A DNA stretch of 63,999 nucleotides, filler included, from Basidiobolus ranarum (taxonomy: Eukaryota), in assembly GCA_040143965.1 (NCBI GenBank). It is 8 parts of 8 records of this genome, joined end to end, with 100 filler letters (N's around TTAATTAATTAA, not from the genome) between each part and the next. Parts side by side here need not be neighbours in the genome. Positions count along the whole stretch, not along the records: positions 48,219 to 56,130 come from JASJQH010001049.1; positions 56,231 to 63,999 come from JASJQH010001067.1; 6 more parts are not named here. One strand, 5' to 3'. Of this stretch, positions 52,730 through 63,999 are shown piece by piece. How positions within the stretch are numbered: the stretch's first letter is position 1; each line of letters starts with the position of its first letter. The notes under the pieces are model-generated. The model had not been told where the DNA came from. It saw only the letters and a program-made list of their open reading frames with translations, and searched no databases. A program made the position numbers and the translations under genes.

Positions 52730-53027
52730 TCAATATGATTCCAAAAAAAGAAAAATCTCCACATCTCACAAATCAGTTTACATCACTTTCATATCTTTAT
52801 TACCCTCCTTCTAACTGCTGATCAAATAAAACGGCCGGATTTCAGTATGTCTCGAATGCACTGCGGATGGCAGATGGAGCATTTAAGAAGCTTATTATTT
52901 GAAGTAAAATATCTAAAAGATTAGTAATACTGTCATGTATTTACCATTTCGATATACATAACGTTATTGTTTGTTCCTGGTAACATAGGAACACTCGACC
53001 CATCGAAAAACCGATAAACTAAAGATA

Positions 53028-53129
53028 ATGGTAACTCCTGAAACAGGGGGCCAAGATACAACGCTTCCACATCTTTACGATGCCATCGTACCTGATTATG
53101 ATAAAGTTGAGTACACAGATGTTGATTAG
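53028..53129 (+). pseudogene. Decayed remnant of another precursor copy (pro-region)
   Basis: MVTPETGGQDTTLPHLYDAIVPDYDKVEYTDVD* compared with TPETGGQDTNT...PDSDKVEDTDVDY in intact copies. Confidence 0.8.
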
Positions 53130-53947
53130 CAACGGTTTGTATATCTAAACTTGGATAACAGGAGTTCATTTATCCAATTTAAGAACTGTTAATAAACTTA
53201 TAATTAAGCTAACTCAATATCGTCGTATAAACATTCCTTCGTTAGTAATTACCGCCATATTTCCAACATTAAACTTCGGATCAAGATTACTTCTTGATAG
53301 TAGTTCAGATTTGCACATCAGAGCAGGACTTAGATTTCCTAAATTTCCAACAGACGATGATGTCATCAACCAATTTTTGAAGAATGCAACACACTGAATC
53401 AGATTAGCTACGGCATACAACACTAACTTATATATTTCAGTCAATAATAAAGTTCATGTTTTCGATATATTAAATTAACATTCCACCTTTCGTCTTGAAA
53501 GCAGCTCATTACTATTCAATTCAAGACAAGTAATCACGAGCTTGCAAAAGTGAATATCATATTTTCATCAACTACTTGTTGAATAGTGAAATTTTCCAAT
53601 AGTGCTTTCCAATTTAGCTTAATGAAAGCAAAAGTTTGTCAAACAAAATTGACTTTTTTATACCTATAGAGCATGTGGTAAGCTCATACTCATAAACCCG
53701 GAGTGAGAAGTTAAACCTGAGTATCGCCATTTCAAAAGATTATCTTGTCCAAATAAGTGAATTTTCAATCCAACTCTCCACTCAAGCTTTATAAAATGAA
53801 CACTTTGTGAAGCAAGTTCGCTGAGTTTGATGTACGTACATAATATCTATTAAGCTCACACTTACATACCATGAATAAATACCTAATCTGGAGTATTGCC
53901 ATTAGAAAATGTCTTACCATTAATTCAACAAAATTAAATCTTGCCCA

Positions 53948-53954
53948 TATAAAA
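53948..53954 (+). promoter_or_regulatory. TATA box of copy 4
   Basis: TATAAAA 77 bp before ATG 54025. Confidence 0.7.
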
Positions 53955-54024
53955 TGACCCACTATGGCCTTGTTTGCTGACAACTTCGCTTTGTATTTGG
54001 AACAATTCATCTACCATTCTAGTT

Positions 54025-54669
54025 ATGTATCTCCAAATTACCCTCATCAACGCAATCTTGTTTGCCTCTCTCGCAAATGCATCTGATACTAAACCAAGTA
54101 CCTCTACTGAGAATTTTTCTCCGACTACAGCTACCACTTTCCCAGCAAGTGAGAACATAGTGCTGGGTACTGGTGCTGGCGTCTTCATTCCCGATTTCAT
54201 ATTGGATGAGGATGTTGCACTTACTCCTGACGAATCTCAATTGCGTCGTGTCAACCTTGGGAAAATATTTGCTCGCTTGTCCGAATTCACTCCTGGTAAG
54301 AAAGGGAAATCTAGTCGATCCCAATTCGATAAAACTGGTGAAGTTATGACAACGATGACTCCTGAAACAGGTGGTCAAGATACGAATACTCTAATCACCT
54401 CTGCCAGTGCTTTCGCACCTGATTCAGACAATGTGGGGGACACCAATAGTGGTTATAATGCTGTTGAAGAAGGAAATACGGATTTGGATGCTTCTCCTGA
54501 AGAAACTGAGTTGCGACGTGGAGGTCGAGGTGGACGCAGACGCGGACGTGGTCACTTTGGTAGAGGTGGAAGATTCGGTCGGTTTGGTGATTGTAGATTC
54601 GGGAGATTTGGTAGTTGGGGATCCGGATGGAACGATGACTGTGGTGGAGATGACTGTGGAGATTGCTAG
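54025..54669 (+). CDS. Secreted Gly/Arg/Phe-rich peptide precursor, copy 4 (closest to copy 1, shorter repeat)
   Basis: MYLQITLINAILFASLANA; LTPDESQLRR; SPEETELRR; GGRGGRRRGRGHFGRGGRFGRFGDCRFGRFGSWGSGWNDDCGGDDCGDC*. Confidence 0.9.
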   Translation: MYLQITLINAILFASLANASDTKPSTSTENFSPTTATTFPASENIVLGTGAGVFIPDFILDEDVALTPDESQLRRVNLGKIFARLSEFTPGKKGKSSRSQFDKTGEVMTTMTPETGGQDTNTLITSASAFAPDSDNVGDTNSGYNAVEEGNTDLDASPEETELRRGGRGGRRRGRGHFGRGGRFGRFGDCRFGRFGSWGSGWNDDCGGDDCGDC

Positions 54670-55491
54670 TTATTTAGAATCCAAAATGAGAAAACACTCA
54701 ATGACTCTGATAAATCTGTTTATGTCGATTTGAATTCAAAACTTGAATATCTTTGTTGCTTCCCACAAATGTTTCAATTTAATTTCCACATCGTTGTAAC
54801 TAACCTATTGACTAATCTAATAAAACGGTTTTGTATAGGAGGCAGTACCACACTATTATGAAATTGCAATAGTGTCCGGTGTTGTTCAACAAGTAAAAAA
54901 ATGAAAACTCTCAACAGTTGGTAATCTTTCCATCATAATTGAATTAAGTCGGTACCAGGCTAGTATCGTACTCTTTGCCAATAAATTGTTACATTTTCTG
55001 GAGGAAGAACAGTTTCAGTATCAAGTAATGCGGATGACATAAAGCAGATGGAACAGAAATATTTAGTAAACTTATGATATGAAGTAGAATCTCTAAATGA
55101 TTAGTAACATTATCACTGTTTTATCACATTGAAGCAGAGTAAATAACGTTGTGTTAATGTTCACACGGTTATAGAAACTTCACACAGTAGTAATTGCGGT
55201 CATACTTCCAGATCAACATTTCATCTGGATAGTAGTTTAAATGATGGATTTGCACATCAAAGCAGGACTTGAAATATCCTGAATTGCGTACCTGCAAAAA
55301 TGAATTTCGTATTATCATCAACTATTGGTCCAATAATGGAATCTTGCAATTTAGCTTAACGAAAACCAAAGTTTGTCAAACCAAATTGACATGTTTAGTT
55401 ATACCTATGTAGCATGTATTAAACTCACTTTCATATATCAGGAGTGAGTTCCTAGTCCTGAGTATCGCTATTTCACAAAATCTCTTGTCTG

Positions 55492-55498
55492 TATAAAA
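55492..55498 (+). promoter_or_regulatory. TATA box of copy 5
   Basis: TATAAAA 75 bp before ATG 55567. Confidence 0.65.
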
Positions 55499-55566
55499 GG
55501 ACCAAGTATCGCCCTTTTGTTCAACAGTTCAATTTGCTTTCCAATAAACAATCTACCATTACAAAG

Positions 55567-56130
55567 ATGTATCTCCAAATTACCCTTATCAACGCCATCC
55601 TATTTGCCTCCCTTGCAAGTGCATCTGATACTAAACTAAATACGCAGATTGAGAATTTTTCTCCAACTATAGCTACTACCTTCCCAGCGAGTGAAAACTT
55701 GATACTTAAGACTGGTACCGACTTCTTCATTCCCAATGTTATGCTCGATAAGAAGGTCGAGCTCACTCCCGAGGAATCTCAGATGCGTCGTGTTAAGCTT
55801 GGAAAAATACTCGCCCGCTTGTCCAAGTCAATTCCTGGTAAGATAGAGAAATTCAAGCCATCGAAGTTATTATATTATACGACAATACTTCCTGAAACTG
55901 ATGGTCAATACACAAACACTCCTATCACCTCCGATATCGTTACTGTACCTGATTCAGGCAATGTTGAGGATACTGAGGTTGATTACAGTGCGGATGGTGA
56001 AAGAAATACGAGTTTAGATACTTCTCCTGAAGAAACTGAGTTGCGACGTGGAGGTCGAGGTGGACGTGGAGGCCGTGGTCGTGGTGGGTGAGGGAGAGGG
56101 CGAGGAGGCGTTGGTGGGTGTCGCTTTTGG
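55567..56130 (+). CDS. Secreted Gly/Arg/Phe-rich peptide precursor, copy 5, running into the contig end (apparent TGA at 56089-56091 lies in noisy terminal sequence)
   Basis: MYLQITLINAILFASLASA; LTPEESQMRR; SPEETELRRGGRGGRGGRGRGG. GR-like codons continue after the TGA up to the linker. Confidence 0.82.
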
Positions 56131-56230
56131 NNNNNNNNNNNNNNNNNNNNNNNNNNNNNNNNNNNNNNNNNNNNTTAATTAATTAANNNNNNNNNNNNNN
56201 NNNNNNNNNNNNNNNNNNNNNNNNNNNNNN
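56131..56230. other. Artificial contig linker
   Basis: Same spacer. Confidence 0.98.
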
Positions 56231-56337
56231 GAGAACTGGAGAAATCATGGGAGGATAGAACCAAGTCTAACTTTTACAACGAAAATCAAAACGTACATCT
56301 ATGTGTTTCAATAGATAGGAGACGGATAAAACGAGAA

Positions 56338-58910
<2,573 letters not shown>

Positions 58911-59520
58911 TGGGATGAAGAGAGAGTGAAGCTGTATGTAGACACTAACGTGGCAACTAGCTTATTATATCTAAAGAAAATCTGGATTGTCAGTGGGCCA
59001 ATCGGTGGCGGCTGTGCATATTATTGGAAAGAATGTATAGGTTTACTAAATGAGCCATTATCGTGAAACCTAAATCACTATTGGAAGGGTTGCCATATAC
59101 TCTAGTAAAGCCAATAACTACCCATGTTGATATCACATTGAGCAGATATTCTGAGCAGCAAGATGTTTTTCCCAGGGCGAGATGATACAAAGAAGCCATC
59201 TAATTGAGTTGGTATATAAATAAATTTGAAATGAATACGATCAGATATCTAGAGCAAAATCCATATTAGGGTGATTCCTCATACTCATGACCATAAAAAC
59301 CACCACCTCCTTCCTTATTCGATTTCTTCCAGGGGCATACAGAGGCTCGTTTTCATCACGCAAATTCTACACCATACTAAAACAGACCATTATGGAAGCG
59401 ACAATACTAAACGGGTAAATAGATGGTGTCCGCGTGAAACGATCTATTGATAAGAAGCGATTTTATCCATTTCCTGCAACGACGCTGCTTATATAAAATC
59501 ATTATACGAATCGACTGCAG

Positions 59521-59529
59521 ATGACTCAT
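59521..59529. promoter_or_regulatory. Candidate Gcn4/CpcA site upstream of ARG5,6
   Basis: Perfect ATGACTCAT about 610 bp upstream of the ATG. ARG genes are classic general-control targets, but the same 9-mer also occurs at 5994 and 22301. Confidence 0.3.
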
Positions 59530-60282
59530 TCGGTGTCTACCTAGATCTATTGCCATAATTACAGCAGTGAGAAATACTGCGAGAAGTGGCATAATGCCCT
59601 TATTTTCAGTGCGCAATAGACGAGTTGCGGTCGGAAATGTTCGTCTCTTTCTGGTCACTTATCCGAGATTTCCGTATACAAGCAAGGCAGAACACTTCAT
59701 CAGCATGGTAATGAATCACTCTGATCATGCATCGTCCATCCCATCTTTACTCAAAGAATGGGGCTATTGTGGAAGCTAAGCCACTACGCATGTGTACATA
59801 CCACATCCTAGCGTTTGCAACAAATAAAACAGGTATGAAGATTCCAGTTTGCCGTAATCAACCTTGAGGTTGTCTACGGTATCCGGACTGTATCTCTTTT
59901 TTCTTGGTTATTACAGAAAAATATCGCTACCTCCTGTCACTTCCTGGTATCTACTTGAGCCTTGAAATAGGTACTGCTTTTCAATTAATAACTGTGCAAT
60001 CCCGCGTTCTCTTTTGGTCCGGGTTACATTTTAGGCCCCTATTATACAGCCTATCTCATGAAGGCTTATGCTACTATTCAATTGGTTGCCAGTGTCACAC
60101 GATATTCGTTACAGTACTTCATGCAGGTTTAAACATTCTTCACGAGAATGATTACAAGGCTTTGTTTATTTGTTGCCTTCATTTGTAAAACTCATCAAGA
60201 AAATTGGGAACATTGATGTACACAAACAGTAGGAGGAGTTCATTTTCCGTTGGACTCAATTGATATTAAGGGAAGAAATCTG

Positions 60283-60836
60283 CTAAGACAAACTACGGAC
60301 AGTTCTTGATCGTTTCAAAGAACGTTTAAGGACTACCTGCTCTGTCTGAATTGAGAATACATCACCACGAGTCTCTATCTGGGATACTTCAGTACGTATT
60401 ATTATGAAGAATTGATCGCCTAAACCGTACTCGGGATAGACGTATAGTCCTGCTCGCCCTTGGCCTACTGATATGCTAGAGCCTAGTAATGCCACATAAA
60501 CGGGTGATGTGGAGTCATTATCGGCCGGCTCATATTTCCAAAGTTCGACGTTCACGTGGTCGCTTTGATCTAAATAGAGAATGGGTGATTTATAGGAGAT
60601 GAAGTATTTCAGTAATATGACCACTACCTGTGCCTTCATCGTTCCAGGTTACAAAGACGAATTCTTTGTGGTATAGAACCTTGCCATGTGCAGGGTCAAT
60701 TACGGCGAAGCCTGGTCCCGAACAAAAAAGTTTAGTATTCTCAAGAAAAGATCGGTTGCTTCCAAGATAAATTTTCTTTACTTTTGGCGAGACTTGCTAC
60801 TGACAGAAAGATGAGGAGAAGTTTCAATCCGAACAT
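60283..60836 (-). CDS. Small secreted protein, Kre9/Knh1 N-terminal Ig-like (Ser-Thr-rich GPI family) fold; 3 exons
   Basis: Spliced MFGLKLLLIFLSVASLAK|SFAVIDPAHGKVLYHKEFVFVTWNDEGT|DQSDHVNVELWK...YPEYGLGDQFFIII...GDVFSIQ...KRSLKRSRTVRSLS*, fitting the I.P..G......VTW...V.I.L...F.I pattern. Confidence 0.65.
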
Positions 60837-62034
60837 GGTATTGGTGGAATTTGGTTGGAAACCTGATATTTGAGTCTTATTTATGGAATTCAGGAGTTCA
60901 GCACAATTGAATTATAACTGCTTAGTGCATACATACACGTCTGAAAGTGTGCAATGTGTATGCTCTCAACCTAAGCAGACAATGAGCCACAATGTATGCA
61001 AACAGAAAGGAATATTAAAGGCGCTTCCGATATACTATATTTCCGAATCTATTAGCCAATGCGAAGAAAGAAAACTTCTGTTGGTGGCTATTTTGTAAGA
61101 ACCGTAATGCGGGGCTTCTCAATACCATTACTGTCTATTCCATAGGTTTTACTGACATATCTGCATAGAAACAGCGCTATTATGGTTTAGTAGCTATGCT
61201 AGATTCCTATGATTCTACATTGTATAATTTATGTTGTGTATAGTAACGAACCATACAAAGTGATAACTTTGCATGTAAGAAGTGTAGTCCACGAATATTA
61301 GCAAATATAATCAGGGGTTTCAAGAATTAAGCATGTTCGTTGCGAAAGATTGTATTAGGACGATACGCTGATCAACAAAGTTGTGCTTTCTGTTCGTCTC
61401 TAGCTGTATTGTAGTTTGTATGAAATAACAACAGTCATCCAGGTTTTTTTATGTGCGATCGCCGGCATTTCATTCCTACTTCAGTAATTCCTGTTATGAT
61501 GGAGAGTCGACCATATCGATAATGAGACAGGTTCTATTTCGGTTGGATAGCATGTGCATTGGCTGCATGGGAACTATAGTGAATTGGGGGCATAATCGAC
61601 GGCACTTTTCTTTCTCAAATGATGCCATCCTATCCTCAATTTCATTTCCCTAAAGCTAGTTGAAACACGTTCGCCGGCTGTTCTATCGTTGAGAGTGTCT
61701 GTAATTAAGATGAATTCTAATCTGTGCACTGCACATGTATCTGTATATGAGCATCTCATAGGCGTATGTTGTACAACTGACACCAGAGTGGCTCGGCGTT
61801 GCTTAGCATGCTTATATTCCTAATGCCACTGACAACTAAGGCGATGAGTGTATGTCAGATCCTTTTGATAATCACTTTATTAAGACGAACTATACAAATC
61901 AATCTAATTATCTCGTCATCAGTGAAGTCAACGTCCGGATCTTCCCTACAAAGTCGATAATTTAGAACTGAGATTTATCGAGTTCACATGATTCAGAGTT
62001 GGACAAATTTCGATGATAACTCTAAGCAATCTAT

Positions 62035-62898
62035 CTATAACTTCGACTTCTCAAATATCTCTCTCGTTAACGCCAAGATAGCCTCCTTATAAGTTTCGTC
62101 TTTCCAAGTTGTGGAGCGAGGTATATTTCTAATAGGTTGGGCAGTTTGTGTTTCCCTATTTGCTAACGCTCTAGCACTATCTAAGACTTCTGTTTGTGGT
62201 GCAATGCCATGAACTAATCCAGCCAGCAGAGCAGAATCTCCAGGAAAGGGACGGATTCCCCAGAAGCACTCTCGATAAACTTCTTCGGATAACTTACCTT
62301 TAACTATAGGTATCATCGCTTGCGTTAAAGGATGTAGAAAGTCTACTTCATACTAAGCAATGGAGTTAATCGAAAGTTGCATCCAAGCGCAAGTAATTTT
62401 ACAGTCTTTACCATACACAAGTATCCAAGATCGGAGCACATAGTTCGATAATCATGGGCTATAGCTAATACCTAATAATTATGATAGTCTCAATGGAATG
62501 TGTATATACTAGAAACTGTTGAAGTGTAAGGGAAACAATACCATTCCTTCGCCAAAAGCATTACCATTAATAGCGGCAACTGTTGGTAGGGGAAAAGTGA
62601 TTAATCGTAGCAATAGTTTTTTGTACATTTCAGTTGTGGCTCTATTATTTTTTAATATATTTTCGTGGTCAATTCCAGTGGCGTAGAGTTCTTCCCAACC
62701 GGTGGTAATCACTGCACATGGCCCATCCACTCCTTGTTTGGGTACACATTCCTCAACTTGATCGAATGCTTGTAGTAGACAGTTGAGTAATTCTTTATTC
62801 AGGTGACATCCCTGCAATCGCATACGTATAACGAAGTGTGGTCCTTCTCTCCTCAAGCTCACCAACGTCTCTCCATTAAAGTGATAATCGAAACGCAT
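62035..62898 (-). CDS. Crotonase-superfamily protein (enoyl-CoA delta-isomerase-like); multi-exon
   Basis: AVITTG..LYATGID, LLLRLITFPLPTVAAINGNAFGEG, LAIAHDYRTM..GYLC, ALLAGLV. Confidence 0.85.
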
Positions 62899-63650
62899 TG
62901 TTCAAAAGAGAGGGCTTAAAGTTCAATGATACAATACAAAGTGTAGACAGATATAACCGCTTCTGAGCTTATGTCAAGAGTGATGTCTCTTATATCACGC
63001 ATTCTCGCCCTTTGATGCATGTTTCATTAGGAGAGATCGAAACTATCTTTTTATGATTTATACTTGATCCATAATATAACCATAGGTAGATTAAAAACGG
63101 GAGCGGTGGGGGATCTGTCTGTTCATTACCAATTGCACAAGAACTGAATAAGGTGTATTGATATTATAAATAAACAACATTTACTTGAGCTGAGACCAGG
63201 GGAGTGGGCTTCAGCGCTACCCATCTAGCATGTTGACAGAAGGGAATAAGCTTGTGCCATCATGCAGCAAGCATTTCGATGTCTCGTTCCAAGTAGGGAC
63301 AAGTCGGTTCGACTCTTCAGGTGGGATCAAGAATAGAGAACGCACACACTTATTGAGGGCTCCATTACATTCTAATGGTATCGCCATTTAAAGATTCGGG
63401 TGTTGTTTCTGAACAATGCATTAGGGCTTTCACACATATATTATTGCGACCCAATTTCAGGGAAAATCCAGTTAAGCTGAATTGGCACTTTGGTTTGTAT
63501 CCTTTGTCAGGATCAAATTAATAGTTGGCATGTGGGTTTCCCACATGCTCAGGGATAGATATGTAATTACTGTGAAAGCTATTTCCTTAAAGCCAATTTA
63601 TTATTTTCAAGAATTCCGAAATCATCTTAGCTATAGAAGAAGTGAACTGA

Positions 63651-63998
63651 TTAAATATATGTTTCAGGAATTTGGTCGAGTTGTAGGTTCTTGGGGATAG
63701 CTGGCGGTGTGGCCTCTTCTGAGTGCTCAAGAATAATTCTCAATAAATGAACTCTCTGCCAGTCTGGTATGTATCTTCTAATCGGGTAATAATGTGACGC
63801 TAACGTTAAATCGGGGAACAGCTGTGTTTGTTGGGGATCATCTACAGCAAGGAAAAGATTCTCCCTTTCGCTACCAACGCTTTGCTTGGCAACTTCCGTT
63901 AGAACCTCAGGATCGATAGGCTCATCATACTCGGTGATCGAATAGATCGATACCAGCTTGGAAATCTGAGCTGGATTTAAGAGATAACAGACTTGGAT
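63651..63998 (-). CDS. C-terminus of a class V myosin / DIL (dilute) domain protein, cut by window end
   Basis: Open frame IQVCYLLNPAQISKLVSIYSITEYDEPIDPEVLTEVAKQ...RRYIPDW...* resembles the Myo2 tail C..L.P.QI.KL...Y...DYE.PI..EIL..VA...Y.P.W. Missed by the ORF track because it has no start codon. Confidence 0.72.
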   Translation of the reverse strand: MQVCYLLNPAQISKLVSIYSITEYDEPIDPEVLTEVAKQSVGSERENLFLAVDDPQQTQLFPDLTLASHYYPIRRYIPDWQRVHLLRIILEHSEEATPPAIPKNLQLDQIPETYI

Positions 63999-63999
63999 T

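Larger units (their letters stand above)
48219..56130 (+). repeat. Tandem gene-duplication array filling the whole contig (units about 1.3-1.6 kb, flanks included)
   Basis: Five homologous ORFs in the same orientation. The upstream region 48230-48726 aligns closely with 53525-54024, the 3' flanks of copies 2 and 3 align, and shared blocks recur at about 52490/53293/55225 and 52863/55030. Confidence 0.95.

Noticed and set aside
49097-54733. Overlapping Val/Glu/Asp-rich ORFs (49109, 50174, 52071, 54407) and antisense ORFs in the array
   Set aside because: These are shadow frames of the GGN/CGN-rich repeat codons. Starts and stops are not conserved among copies, and the signal peptide and TATA spacing support the main frame.
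56089-56091. True premature stop in copy 5
   Set aside because: It lies 40 bp from the contig end in G-rich, noisy sequence and cannot be distinguished from base-call error.

Overview
This window is not one locus. It is eight unrelated contigs of about 7.9 kb joined by seven identical 100-bp artificial linkers (44 N + TTAATTAATTAA + 44 N), with contig length falling along the window as in a size-sorted, fragmented assembly. The DNA is eukaryotic, AT-rich and has many short GT-AG introns. The gene set (fungal ARG5,6 fusion, NEW1/eEF3-like ABCF, fungal CSL, Mim2, plus Integrator subunit 2) points to an early-diverging, non-Dikarya fungus; a Basidiobolus-like zygomycete is my guess, not a determination. 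Most contigs hold recognisable genes: subtilisin, ADE4, FIGNL1, MIM2, RPL38, a YisB/HNH-like protein, GND1 end, CSL, proteasome beta4, INTS2, an LRR protein, Mpv17, NEW1, TMEM41, VPS41, ARG5,6, a Kre9-like secreted protein, an enoyl-CoA isomerase-like protein and a myosin-V DIL tail. The standout is contig 7 (48219-56130), which is entirely a head-to-tail array of intronless secreted prepro-peptide genes: four complete copies, one cut at the contig end and two decayed remnants. Each has a signal peptide, an acidic pro-region with two related PEE-x-x-LRR dibasic sites, and a Gly/Arg/Phe repeat peptide (GGR/FGR)n ending in a conserved W-x3-WND(D/N)C(G/S)GDDCGDC tail, with a TATA box 75-77 bp upstream. 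I do not recognise this family. Three otherwise intact genes also carry single in-frame stop codons.
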